A stretch of DNA of 64,000 bases from Octopus sinensis (GCF_006345805.1 NC_042998.1:95728001-95792000), one strand, 5' to 3'; numbered from the stretch's first letter, positions 34,984 to 48,989 are shown. The notes: generated by a model not told the origin, from the sequence alone. A program made the numbers and translations.

Positions 34984-37900
34984 ATCAACAGCTCTTAGGT
35001 TACTTATAATCCTATCCAAATGTTTATTTTGATTACATCTAGGGATTATCATTCCATTATGTCCCTGGTTAGTGGCTGATTAACAAAAAAAAAAAAATGT
35101 ATATTTTCAGTACGAATTAGATACATTTATAGGTTTGTAATAGAACAGGTGGGATGGGGGACTCTCAGCACCTTAAATGTATAAGAGTATGCCTTACTAA
35201 TACTTCATTATAACTTTTCCTATTTTCTGTCAGTCCATGCTAAATAAATCACAATATTTCAACCGGTGTAAAATGTTTGATGGTAACATTTAACTACCTT
35301 TGTAAACACACCTTGGCAGAACCATTAGAGCATTGGACAAAATGTTTTGTATTTCTTCTAACTCTTTACATTTTGGATTCATATTCCAAGATCAGTCTGG
35401 CTTTTGTATCCTTCCAGAGTAAATAAAATAAAGTATCAGTCAAATACTAAGGTTGATGGTATTGACTGCCCTGCTCTTCTCAAAACTGCTAGCTTTGTAG
35501 CTAAATTAGAAACTACAGTATTGAGAGGTGAAATGGCTGATAGAATATAGTACTGGATTAATTTGTTTCCAATGTTTAAATCCTAATCCACCCATGGTAT
35601 GCCCTGTTACCTGTTACTGTTAACCTAACTTGCCTTAATAATAGTTCATATCTATTTAAGAGACTTATTTTTTACTTTCACCTTTATCATGATTACTAGT
35701 GCCATTTAACCTATGCAATCATCAGAAAATAACTAGTTCACATATATACTCTCTCCTCAACTGCATTACAAAAAAAAAAAGAAACAATTTGTGGATGTCT
35801 TGGAAGTAGTTAATCAAACAAACCTTACAAGAACATGTGAATTAAAATTTGTAAATATTAGTGACATTTTTACTTGGAATTCTTTATTTATTTTTGCAGT
35901 TATAACATTTTTTTTTTCAGATATCTGAAGAATCCTATGAATGTAATTAGTGCTAATGAAGTTTTTTCCTTTTTCAAATTAATCTTAAGGTGAATGAATT
36001 GGAACATTAATGAATGCAGTTTGTAATTAACTGTAACAAGGCAGAAAGTTATAAACACACACACACATAAACACACCACACAGATCTGTGATATTTAACC
36101 ATCTTTTTAGCATTTCGTGAGAATTTTATGATTTTTATACATGTAAGTGATTTCGGAGCATATTTTCTGTACCAACAGAAAATTCATAAGAGTGACTGCT
36201 TTCTTTTTTCATGAGATTATCTTTGCCATTTGCATTCACAGTCAAATGCTACCAAGTCATTTTTACTAGGGTCACTCTGTTGAACTTCTAATATTTTATA
36301 TCCTAGAGCTAGTTGAATTTAGCTGTGAGTAAACATAGTGACATACATAGTTCTATTATAGATTTCATACATAAGACACTTTTTTGTAATTTTGTCTTTA
36401 AATTTTTAATCTATAGTATGAAAACCACCCACCCAAATTCACTATGTTTTTAACAAATGAAATCTTTTAATGTTCATTGAATGCCTTGATATTTTCATAG
36501 CAATGTGTATAAATACTGCCATATATAGACTAATTTTTATCTATAGACATTAAATGCACTTTCTAAGTGGAAATTTTTTTTTTTTTTTGTAGTTACTTGA
36601 TATGATTTGCTAACCTAAAAAAGAAAAAAAATCACAAAGTGCTTTTACTCCTTTTTTATTTAACAACAACAACTCCACCCTCCATAACCTGAACATTTGA
36701 TGTCTTCCTAATAATTCATTTTAGATTTATAGATATAGCAATATGCTCACCTGAAATACCTTGATATAAATATAACTAATTATAAATGATGTTTAGAAAA
36801 ATAAAATAAATAATGTGATATAACAGATTGCAGACAATGGTTCATTGTACCAATTTTAATACATTTCTCTCTTTTCTTTGTTGATCACCTTTCGAAAGAT
36901 TGCATTTACTTTTAATATTTCCAATATTGAATGATAAAATATCTATGGAGTTCTAGGTGAATGCTGTTTGATTAACACTTTAACAAACTTTAGTCTTGTG
37001 ACCTACATAATATCCTTCCGTAATACGTTCTAGTTATTACAATGTTGGGTGTTTCTGTTTTTCATTTTCACAGTAAATATTTCACTGTGTTTATGTGTAT
37101 ATATATATATATATACATTTTATTTAACTTTCCTACTAAGGTGTTTCCCTCCAGCATTATTGCATCATCTTATGTGACAGTAAATATTTTTAATATTGTT
37201 ACTATTATAAAGGTGGCGAGCTGGCAGAATTGTTAGCACGCCAGGCGAATTGCTTGGTTGTATTTCATCTGCCTTGATGATCTGAGTTCAAATTCTGCCG
37301 AAGTTGACTTTGCCTTTCATCCTTCTGGGATCAATAAATTAAGTACCAGTGAAACACTGGGGTCGATGTAATCAACTATCCTTCCTCTCAAATTTCGGGC
37401 CTTGTGCCTATAGTAGAAAGGATTATTGTTACTATTATTATGGCAGTGAGCTGGCAGAATTGTTAGCATGCTGGACGAAATGCTTAGCAGCATTTTGTCC
37501 GTTGCTACATTCTGAGTTCAAATTCCACCGAGGTCAACTTTGCCTTTCATTCTTTCAGTGTTGATAAATTAAGTACCAGTGAAACACTGGGGTTGATGTA
37601 ATCGACTTATCCTCTCCCCCAAAATGGCTGCCCTTGTGGCAAAATTTGAAATCATTATTATTATGATTCAAGGCATGTTAAAAAACTATTGTTATATTTA
37701 TTTCCGAAGTCAAAATGTTCCATTACAGGGAAGTGACTAGACATGTAGTTTAAACTTTTACAATTCAAGAAAAGCAGTAAAACTTAATCATATGCAGTTG
37801 AATTATCTAAGACTCAACATTTACTGAAACAGATATTGAATTTATAACTTATTCTAAATACTATTTAGGGTTCTACACCTTCATAAATTTCTTTTATTAT

Positions 37901-39050
37901 TTTGCCAAATTCGAATGTAATTATTCGCAACTGTTGGTGCCTTGAGGAAATTGGTCCACATATTCATATAAATAATTAATATTCAAGAATTGAAACCTTC
38001 CTTTTTTTTTTAATTTATAGTTACATCCACTCTCTAATTTTATATTAGTTTTTGCGATATGCAAGAGACCCATAAGTTAAATTTATTTATATACTGTATT
38101 TTCGATATTGTGTGATTCTTCAGTGTTTCGTAACATACTACTACAAGGATTCCTACATACAACTGCTGATTCTCATTCATGCCAGTAAGCAATTATTAAC
38201 TTGCCTTCCATATTCCCAGTCTGATAATTAGGTAAATCCTCTTGTTACTAATTGTTACATAGTTGAAGCTGGTCTCCTACTAAACAACTAGATCATGTTA
38301 TTAGATACAGTAATGCTTGCAGTTACATAACTACTACTTACAGAGTTGATTTTTTTTTTTTTTCCCCTCACTTTAATCTTTCTCTTCAGTAGTGAATTAA
38401 CAATAATAAAACATGGATATATAAATTCACGCTAAAGAGAAACAAACAGTTCAAGAATGAAATCGTGCCAAAAACCAACTTAGCATCAACTAAGTTGCTC
38501 TTCTGTTTTTCCTTTTAACTATATTTCATTCCACTTTAAATAAGCAATAATTTTTTTTTTTAATGAAAGAAAATATCTATTTTTGTGAAATACTTTATAT
38601 TTTCTAACATGGAGTATAAAACTTTCTAACCATTTTAGATACATTCATATTTTGATAAATATCCATATGTATTGTTTTGTAACTCTACATTCTTCCAATC
38701 ATTTGCACTTTTCTGCAGCATTCTTCCAATCATAGTCTTTCAGTTTAATCTGGCCTTTTTATGAATGTTTTTTTTAAATCATACTTGTATATATGGCATG
38801 AATGATAGTTTGTCAATTTTTTTTTTCCTTCTTTCCTCAAATAGCCACATGTATTTAGACCAGTTATTGTAGAAAATTAAAACATGTACAAACTGTATTC
38901 TACAATTTTCATTTTAATATTTTAGTTACTTTATTTTTTCCTGTTTTTTTTTTTTTTTTTGATGAATCTCATTCCATTTTACTGTTACAAGTAGACAAAT
39001 TTAATGTAACATCTATTTTTATGAATAAATTTCATAGATTATATTTTTGT
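34984..39050 (+). other. Probable long innexin 3'UTR with alternative polyadenylation signals
   Basis: AU-rich, TE-poor stretch. AATAAA at ~35243, ~35423, ~36800, ~38405 and 39024-39029, the last followed by a GT/T-rich element (tttttgtttctt, tgtttgtg). Confidence 0.5.
37210..37660 (+). mobile_element. Two tandem SINE family B copies within the putative 3'UTR
   Basis: gagctggcagaattgttagca at ~37218 and ~37448, with (TTA)n-like tails. Confidence 0.85.
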
Positions 39051-42000
39051 TTCTTGCATTAATGTTTGTGAATTTATGAATTCTAAAATCATTTCTAGTA
39101 TGATTTCACATACACGAAGTTGACTTCAATGTGGTGTTTTCACATTTAATACAAATTTTAACAACCTCAACAAAATGATATATGCAACAAAGTTGAGATT
39201 TTCAGGTATACCAATATTATGATCAGACCGACTCCAGATTGGTATTGGTCTGCATTAGCAACTCTTGCATCTTTTAGTAAAATCAACTAAAAGAATACTG
39301 TAAAAGAATACTTTCCAGACACTCCTCCAAGGAAAAGTTGACAGAAATTAGAGGTTATTTAAACTGGCCATATCTGACCTAAATATTCTATATGTTTTAT
39401 GTTTACACCAGCCAGATCCAGTCTTTCACACCTACCGTACAAAGTCATTCTAAAAATAAACAATCACGTCATCAAAACCTCAAAGCTCCTGGATAATGCA
39501 TTATTAATTCAAAACAACTTTTCTATGCTTGCATGAGTCAGACGGAATTTGTTGAGATAGATTTTCTACAACCAGATGCCCTCCAACCCTCACCTATTTC
39601 CAAGCAAGGTAATATTAACCCCCTGATCAGAGATGTTTTGCGTTGACGACTAGAAATGAATCTCACTTGTGTGACTGATGCTTATTTACAACCATAAAGT
39701 GATGTATAATAAATACCCACATATATATTACATGATGGGCTTCTTTCAGTTTCTCTCTATGGAATCCATTTACAAAGCGTTGGTCGGCCCTGGGCTATAG
39801 TGGAAAACACTTGCCTAAGGTGTTGCTCAATGACCTGAATCCAAATCCACAAGGATGGGAAGCAAGCTTTTTAACCCAGCCTCGCGGATTTTTTAGCTCA
39901 AAAACCTTCCTCAGTTCTCTCGGCTTTATTTCCTCCAAACTCACAAACACTTTCAAATCCTGTAAACTTCACTGCTGGAGCGATAGGTAGTTTCTCTTAC
40001 ATGGTTATTATAACTTTTCTATGCACGCCCTCAAAAATCCTAGAAAAAATTCCTTTCTGATATCGTTTATACATTCCACTTTGAACGTCAGGTCATTACC
40101 TACACAATGAATACATGACAGCTTAACAAAATCAAAAGAATCCTAACAACAATCAACATAAGTAAAATATTTAATTACATTCCTCAACATTGGGTTGGAA
40201 ACAATTACCTTTTCTCTCTCTCTCTCTCTCCTTTTTTTACATGTCTAAGAAACAATGCTGGCTAATGAATCATTGTCATGATACAAAGCGTATGTAGAAT
40301 ACAAGAACATACATAATGTCATTTCTCGAAAAAATAAACTGTTGCATCCTCTCAGCCTTTTTTCAAACTTATACCTGACTCCGCTTCCACGAAACTTGCA
40401 GTTTCTTACGTAAGTTACATTTGTTACCTACTGTCACCGTTTTCAGACTGACGCACGGTTCAACATATTGACTGCCTTGAAATTTGGTTCCCTTCTCAAC
40501 AAATTTTTAAAACTATCAGATACAACTTTCACGCTTTACAATAGTGGTTACCTGCCTTTTATATCTCGTCTCTCCCTTTCATTAAACGATGGTTTACAAC
40601 AAACACCCTGGTCCCTTATTTTACTAAACAAAAAAGGTCAAAATTATTTATTGATGTAAAAACCATGTGGGTTTTTTCTCAAGTTATTTACGTGGATAAG
40701 TGATCTTTCTTATAGAAATTGGGAAAGAAAGCGAGAACTTCTTTAACGAAATTATATTGGACATTGACACCTCATTAGTCGTGTTTCTTGTTCACTGATA
40801 ACAAAAATGTCCTATTCGTCTTCTAACCTTCACTGATTAAAAAAAAATGTGTTAAGAATATATATATTGGACTTAGTTTTTAATATTTCATTTCTAAGAA
40901 AAATCGCGACGACTCTAAACACCAACGCCCTCTTGTGAGCTCACAGCTCTCTTTCCCAAGAGGGACTACTCCCAGTTTAAGAGTCTGTAGTCTACAAAAT
41001 AAACATACCACATAGACGCAAAAGGCAGAAATGTTGCTGTGTACAAAACCTCCAACATTCACATCATATAAGATAGTGGAGATCAAAACGATATCCGAAC
41101 ACATTTGAAATACTTGATAAAATAAAGAACACCACCACCAACCTGTGGAACAATATCTAGCATCCATCATAAATTTTGCCTATCCCGTCATGACCTCCAG
41201 TTTTTCTGCAACAAACTGGAAATACCACACAGTTGCTTTTATACATAAAAGTCTTTAAAATAAACACAACGCCATCTTAAATACTATTCTTCCTATTCAG
41301 TCTAATAACAAAAGAATAACAGCCGTAATAACTCCTGCTTTCTCCAAATCCCGACGGGATGCTCTCGAGTAATTATGTGCGCCGTAACTAGGCGGATAAC
41401 GCTCGGAATGAGACGTATACAAGTTCGGGAAAGGAGAGCTTTCATTCCCCACGTTGAGCTAGCTAATAAGGAATGCTTCCATCCGTCGTCTTGTAACTTT
41501 GCTTGTTTTGCTTTTAAGCTAAAACCTTAAAGCTTGAACCTGGAAAATATAGAGGCACAGACACGATTACGTAGATAAGAAGCTCGCTATACAACGTGGT
41601 TTCGAGTTAAGTCGCACTGCACCGCACCTTGGGCAAGTATCTTCCACTATACACTCGAGCTGACCAATGCCTACTGAGTGGATTTGGTAAACGGAAACTG
41701 CTTTGAAGCCTATCGTAGTGTGTGTGTGTGTGTGCGCGCGCTTGTTCCTCCCACCGCTTTACAGCCGGTGTTGGATTGATTATGTTCACGTAACTTAACG
41801 GTTCGGCAGAAGACACCGATAGAATGAATACAAATACTGGGGTCATAATAGAAGGGTGTGTGAAATGGGATGGTCACTGCAAGAATGCCTTTGTTCACAA
41901 TAAATGTTCATCTGGGAATAATAGATGAGTAAACATGCAGAATGGGCGATGACAGGAAGATGAAGTCCGAACCACCACACGGCATCCCAGCACCACGCGT

Positions 42001-43330
42001 AGATGACATCATGTTTACACCTTACTATTCCTCAAATATAGCTGCACGTCTTTTCCATCTATCTTTTATTATCTTTTACTTGTTTCAGTCATTAGACTGA
42101 AGCTATGTTGAGGCACCGCATTCCTATATTATTTATAAGCTTGGCTCGCAATACAGCAGGTTTAAATATGCGCCTTCAAAAATCCCTGATTCGCTTCTTA
42201 GCAGCAAACACACAACCAATCATCACTCTGCAATACGCATAGTCGCTTGTGAATCACTCGGCTTGTTTTACCGACATATTTGAAGTACCTAGGCACCACA
42301 TCTGAAAAACAACGGAGAACAATAAATAAAGAGATAGCACTGGCTCTTCCTTTGTTCTCGATATCCACAAACTATAAGGAATACAAAACACTCCACTTTA
42401 CATTATCACAAGCTGCACAGAGATCACCTGCATAGCACTCATATTCTTGCATTGGTTAAAAAGGGAACTTCTACGTGGTTAGTAGATCAAACAGAACTAG
42501 CAGACGAGCTTCTTCTTCTTCCAATCAGGACTCACGCCATTAGCCACAAAGAATAATCTCTAAGCTATTAAGAATGCGTGTGGCAACTTGAAGATCCACC
42601 CACCACACGTGATAGACCGACGGTTGCACGGGCGCGAAAGCTACGTTGTTAGCCTCATTCCGTAAACGGTGGCTTTTTAACGGGTGGAGAGCTGAACCAT
42701 CCTGGAGTACAGAGGATTCGCAATCTAGACTAGGGTCTGAAAGTTTACCACCCCATAGTGGGCTACACCATGGTTCCTCTGCTTTGTGGCAGAAGTAGGA
42801 AGAAAGAGTGAGAGAAAGTTGTGGTGAAAGAGTACAGCGGGGTTCACGCCCACCACCGGAGCCTCCTAGAGCTTAGGTAGTTTTGCTCAAAAAACACAAT
42901 GCTCGGTCTGGGAATCGAAAGCACGTTCTTACGACCGCGAGTGCGCTGCCCTAACCACTGGGCTATTGCGCCTCCCGCAGGCGAACTTACACATTTATGC
43001 GGAGACTAATGATTACTAAATGGAAAGCTGTTTTGATAGGGATCGTCAAAATGTAACAATCAAAAGTATCTCGCACACGTACGGTGTAGCAATATCCACT
43101 TTTGCCAAATACATTCGTTTTTCTTTCACTTGTTTGAGTCATTTAACTGCGGTTATGTCACGGTACTGCCTCAAAAGGCTTAATTGAAAACAAAATCGAT
43201 CCAAGTGCTTATTCTTTCCAAAGTTGGGGCTTATTCTATCGGTAAACCGAGCCGATAAGTTACAGATACATAAACAAACCCTCACCGATTGTCAAGCGGT
43301 ATGGATACAGACCCACAAACATACACACAC

Positions 43331-43404
<74 letters not shown>

Positions 43405-43579
43405 ATGGATCTCTCCACACATTTCCGTCTACCAAATTGGTCGGTCTGTAGCTATAGTAGAAGAAACATACGAAAAGTGTCGCGCAGTGGGACTGAATTT
43501 GAAACCACACGGTTGAGAAACGGACTCTTAACAGCCACGCCCGTGTCAATATAATAGAGTATATATATATATATATATA

Positions 43580-43930
43580 TAATAATTATTAGGGAATAAA
43601 TCCAAACTTACAGGGAAAAATCAGATTTAGGATTGAATCCAATTTTATAGTAAAATATTATATTATATTAAATTAGAGACAAAACCACTATTAAGCAATT
43701 CATACAATGAAAAACTTAAGCCAATACATAAGATTATTTAATTTATATTATTTAAATATATAACAAAATTATTAAAAAAATATAATTAATATATCACTAC
43801 GATCGTTTCATGGCTGTTAATTTCTTTAAATTTTCAAGTCACAGTCATTCATCAGGTGGTTTAAATATTTATCTTGGCGACAAGTCTTTGTAACGAAAGT
43901 ACTTTTACGAATAGAGTTGCTAGCATCAGG
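43580..43930 (-). mobile_element. Penelope-like element 3' end / pLTR fragment
   Basis: Minus strand: ..TKTCRQDKYL.. (weakly resembles a PLE ORF C-terminal CRH.NK.L motif), immediately followed by a hammerhead and an AT-rich tail abutting (TA)n. Confidence 0.55.
43793..43860 (-). ncRNA. Minimal type I hammerhead ribozyme, core intact
   Basis: ACCAC-CTGATGA-ATGACTGT...ACAGCCAT-GAAA-C-GATC-G-TA|GTGAT. One mismatch each in stems I and II, and a palindromic loop III. Confidence 0.72.
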
Positions 43931-44699
43931 CTCAAGCACTAAACTTGGAAACCAGGTGCTGGACTGAGCCTGGCTTCTACTGCGAAGCTTGCCAGTGACC
44001 GTTTTCGCTTTTAAGATTCATTAAGAAACAAGCTGTGTGTATTGTCGTGCAGTGAAAATAAGTGTCAAATGTGAAGCTGTACTACAAAAATTAGAACTCA
44101 GAATGTAAACACGGAGGAAATTCTGCCAGCTCACCGCCTTAAAGGGGATTAATAATAAATGGTTTCAAATTTTGGTACAAGGTCAGCAATTTTTTAGAGA
44201 AGGGGTAAGTCGGTTTCATTAATTCCAGTGCTTGACTGGTACTTTTTTTTATTGACTCCAAAAGGACAAGAGGCAAATTCGACCTCGCGATAATTGAACT
44301 CAGAACATTAAGACGGACGAAATGCCTAGAAACATTTTGCCAAGCGTGCTAACGATTCCACCATATCGCCGCCTTAAAGAGGGTCAATAATAATAAAAAT
44401 AGTTGCAAAACGGATAAGCCCAATTTAGCATAAATACGTATATTTTCACCATTGCTAAAAATCCATAAATAGGCAAACAATTCTAGCAAAACAACTTTTT
44501 CAGCAGTTGCTATTTTTACCTTTTTAACTTTGTATTTATAACTTTAATTTAAATGTAACCACGTACCTCCAGATGATGTTTGTTGGAAAGTGTGCATCTT
44601 CTATACATCTTGTCAAGTACCACCCTCAAAACTCCACTTTTCGATCCGGATCACCTTCAAGTATAGGGACCATTCTTGGAATCCAACTTTCCATTGTTT

Positions 44700-45500
44700 A
44701 AAAGTTAAAAGTAGACTAATCTTTTCATATCCCACCAAACAGATAACAACACCTTACGTGGGTGAAGACCTTCTTTAGCCTGGGGTGCCAGTGTTTCTCC
44801 TTTCCCTACCCACTGTCTTCGGCGCTTCTCATTTTTATAGAGAAACCATTTCTGGCCACCAGTCACTATTCCGTCCAAAAAAGGTTCATTCGTGAGACGT
44901 GACAGCAAAGAAGAGCACACGTTCACTCTCTGCGCTCGATTAGACTCAGAAAGTTTGTGAGAAATCTATTGACTCAATCTACTGACTTTTCCGATGACAC
45001 GCATGTGTTGAATGTCTGAATGACCAAATCCAAGCTTCTCTGCTAGTTCCTCAACAGTTGCGATGGGATTTTATTCCACCAGGGTTAGCAGGACATCCTC
45101 GTCGATCTCAACGGATCTTCCAGGAAGAGGCTCGTTTTCTAGGTTGTAGTTTCCGGCTCGGAATTTCTGGAACCACCATCGACACTGGCTTACGCTTATT
45201 GTTCCATCCCCTCCTCTTATACTGCATTAATATTCCTCACACTTTCCGTTGCGTTGTTGCTTTTATTGAATTCATAAAGCAAAATATGCCGAATATGCTC
45301 CTTTGTCACTTCCATTATAGCTTTGAAAAAGTAACTGTTAAAATCGAACTGCACTCTTCAAAATTTGTTTTAAGAACAAGAATCAAGGTAAAATTACTAC
45401 CTGCTTTTATAGCAAGTTGATGCAGGTAGTTTATCCCGCCCCCCCTCCGACTTTTAGTTCATGCAATTGAAAACACCGCATCATTTATGGGATGACACAA
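44700..45500 (-). pseudogene. Mariner (DD34D/SETMAR-like) transposon, 5' TIR plus 3'-truncated decayed transposase
   Basis: ATG at 45315: MEVTKEHIRHILLYEFNK...WFQKFRAG ... FLDGIVTGGQKWFLYKN...LHPRKVLLSVWWD. TIR TTGTGTCATCCCATAAATGATGCGG at ~45476-45500 with TA. Confidence 0.88.
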
Positions 45501-46114
45501 TATATATACGTGTGTGTGTGTGTGTGTATGTGTGTGTGTGTGTGTGTATATATAATATGCCAGTGATTAACAAACCCCACCCCAATACACCCAAACCACA
45601 TATATAGAATCACAAACCCCAAATCCTCAGATCTGTTTAACAACGAATGTGAGAAAGTTTTCCAAAAACGTTAACAAGGAATTCTTTAAAAAATCTCCAC
45701 ACCCAAGTTAACAAAGAACTTACTAGATCTATGAACTAAAATCTTTATTATTAAGAAATTTAAAAATTAAACTTATTAGAACTACTAGTAAAGTCATTCT
45801 TTTTCTTTTTCCAAATATGTATATATAAATGTGTCAGTTAGTATATATATATATATGCCAGTTAGCCCATTTTTATATTAAGGCAACGTTACAAATATAC
45901 ATTTTTTGCATTATCATTCTATTTTTGTATTCTAGTTTGCTCTACATTTTCTTAAAGCCGCCCACTTTGATTTGCTATAGTCTACACTCATGTCCAAAAT
46001 ATTTGTCACAAATACAGTACTTTACAATGACTTCCATTGGGGCGTTGGCATGATCAGCTAGTCATCTAAGCACAATGTACATACATACATACATACATAC
46101 ATACATACATACAT

Positions 46115-46352
46115 TATTATGGGTGCCCCCTCGTTATCGAGTAAGGCCATTGCACGAAGCTTAACTGTTATTGGTGTTGTGATCGAATGTGACTTTTTAG
46201 CCCAGCTAAAGATCTACAATGTCTTGTACAATATTGGCAACTAAAACCATTACTGGTAATAGCCGGATGTAGTTGTAACTGGGCTTCATGTACCTTTGCA
46301 TGTCGTTTAAGTCCTCCTGCAGAATTACCCTCTCTTCCACATGCCCGACAGA
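46115..46352 (-). mobile_element. RTE LINE 3' end with two C2H2-like fingers, inserted in (CATA)n
   Basis: CRACGREGNSAGGLKRHAKVH...CQYCTRHCRSLAGLKSHIRSQH*, short 3'UTR with a ctcgataacgag hairpin, and (TATG)n on both sides. Confidence 0.72.
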
Positions 46353-46396
46353 TACATACATACATACATACATACATACATACATACATACATACA

Positions 46397-46427
<31 letters not shown>

Positions 46428-46466
46428 GTGTGAGTGTATGTATATATGCATACATACACATACATA

Positions 46467-47704
46467 TAGGATGCGAGAGGTATTTGATAACACATTTAGT
46501 AACATAACAAAACCACTGAAATCCAGCAAAAACCAAATGCATCTAAAACAGAAAATTGTGCGTATGTTCTTGATAAGCTTTCCAATAATATTTTTCTATG
46601 TACCCGCCTTCATCTTTGATGACTCCTTCAGTGAGGGATCAGAATTGTTGACATACCTGCACTAAATGGTCCTTATTCATTTCGGAACACATCGAAAACG
46701 ACAGCATTCAGTGAAGCTATGGTGTTGTGAGATGTCGATGTCTCCCTTTCAACAACGCCTCAAACGTTGTAATCCACGAGATTTTTTAAAATTTGACAAG
46801 TCTGGAGGCAATTAATTTGCTGTTACATGATTGCAAAGTGTGTCTGACGTTCATTCTTGGATTATGTGGAGTTTGTGAGAAGGTACTGAGTCTTGTTGAA
46901 ATACACATGGCTTTCCTCAGCATACTTTATTCTCCACACCACAACGTATTCAGCAGCATTAATTCTAAGACCCCATCGAAAGATGTGAGATGGTATGACA
47001 TGACCATCATACTCACCATCATTAAAACTATCACAGTTACTAGAAACCTAGTGTGAATTCTTCTGGAGACATCAAAAGGATTTTTCACATAACCACTTAT
47101 CATTCTTCCTATTAGACTTTTGTTTTTGTTCGGAGTTTTTCCCATTAATGAACTGAAGCATGCTATGTTCGCAAAAACATTTAACTTTGTTGAGTAACTG
47201 CTAAGGACGGATCAAACGGTTTTCCTATATGTTCGCAGACATGAATTGACCTCTTAATATATATTTGTTTCGAATGTCCTCGTGCGCTACAGTTCTGATA
47301 GTTCACTCCGACACCTGAAGTTCCTTGTCGATGGCCCTCAAGGATTTTCCAGGATGCACAGCGATAATGTTTTGAAACCAGTAGATGAATTGTGTTCTTG
47401 TAATATCTAGGACATTTGGAATGTTCTTTTGCTTATCGCTTGGATACAGTTGTATTATTCCCTCCAGAGGTTCAATTCCATCGGAACCTTGCATAGAAAA
47501 GTTCTTGCAATATTTACAAGACAGTCAGTAATTTCTAAATTGCTGCGTTCCACACACATGACAGCAATGACAGCATGTATTTTCATTTCTTGTATTAGTA
47601 TTTCGTTTGTCATGACGGATCTGAATGAAATTAAAACCTTTTAATTGTTTTGAAGAGAGGAATACACTGATAATTAAGCGTTCTCAAATACACCTCATGC
47701 ACTG
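46467..47704 (-). pseudogene. Full-length decayed Tc1/mariner transposon, approximately DD37D (maT-like)
   Basis: Degenerate TIRs (TAGGATGCGAGAGGTATTTGATAACAC vs CAGTGCATGAGGTGTATTTGAGAACGC) with TA flanks. ATG at 47613; PGKSLRAIDKELQVSE (HTH), YFQQDSVPSH, LPP..NLVDYNV*GVVE, VIKDEGGYIE. Confidence 0.82.
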
Positions 47705-47734
47705 TAGAAACAAAGACACACACACACAATCATG

Positions 47735-47782
<48 letters not shown>

Positions 47783-47862
47783 GATGTTTCTTTTGTCTGA
47801 TGGCACATGATAAGTGCCAACGCACGAAACTCTCGGACCTTTAGTCACTCTATTGCTTCTGC

Positions 47863-47921
<59 letters not shown>

Positions 47922-47930
47922 ATTGGAGGG

Positions 47931-47974
<44 letters not shown>

Positions 47975-48191
47975 GAAGCATGTACGTCCCTGTAACTGAT
48001 GAGTTACAGGGACATAAACACACCAACATCGGTTGCCAAGCGATGGTGGGGGCGAAACACAGACGCAAAATTACACACATGTACAAAAACTTCGTTTGAC
48101 CTGGTGGTGTGACGGCTTTTCAAACTCTAAATGTGGTGTGTTTAGTCATGTGAGAAAATTCATGTTGAAGGCATGGACTTACCTGCTTGCT

Positions 48192-48314
<123 letters not shown>

Positions 48315-48989
48315 CGAACCATGTACTTCACACACACATACATACATATATATATATATGCGAAATTATCGTCATATGTTTCTCTTTAAAGTGCAAAGAG
48401 CCAAAATGTAAGTGCAAGGACTTGAGAGAATTTGAAATGATACATGTATTTCATTAATGATTCCCACAGGACCAGTGCTGGCTTCTTTTTTTTAAAACTG
48501 ATCCGAGGTTATTTAAATAGGAGACATTTCTTAATTATATTTCTTTGCAGTAAGGTAGGATTTGGGGAGTAGGGTGACTGCCAGTTTTATTGTCCTGTAA
48601 ATCAGGTGAATGCGGGAACTTTTAAGATTTCAGAGTGGGAGTGATAAAGGCGGTGAAAACCATAGGTGTACATACTGAGAGAGTAAGAGACAGAAAGAGA
48701 TAGAGAGAGAGAGAGAGAGAGAGAAGAAAGAGAGAGAAAAAAGAGTGAGTCGATGTGAGGGTTAAAAGAAGAAAACAAAATTATAGTAGGCAGACAGTAG
48801 GTAGAGATATCACGTGTTGGGACAGACTGTTTATTTCAAAAGAAGGGCTAGTAGAATGTGAAACATTGAAAAGAATAAATATAAATAAATATTCTTTTAT
48901 TCTTTCAGTGGTTTCAGTTAAAGGACTGCGGCTATGCTGGAGCACCACCTTATTTTCTCTTTTGTTCATTTATCTGTTACGATTTCTTT

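Noticed and set aside
46168-46542. Host C2H2 zinc-finger gene exon
   Set aside because: Matches RTE LINE C-terminal fingers, has an RTE-type 3' end, and is embedded in (CATA)n without splice context.
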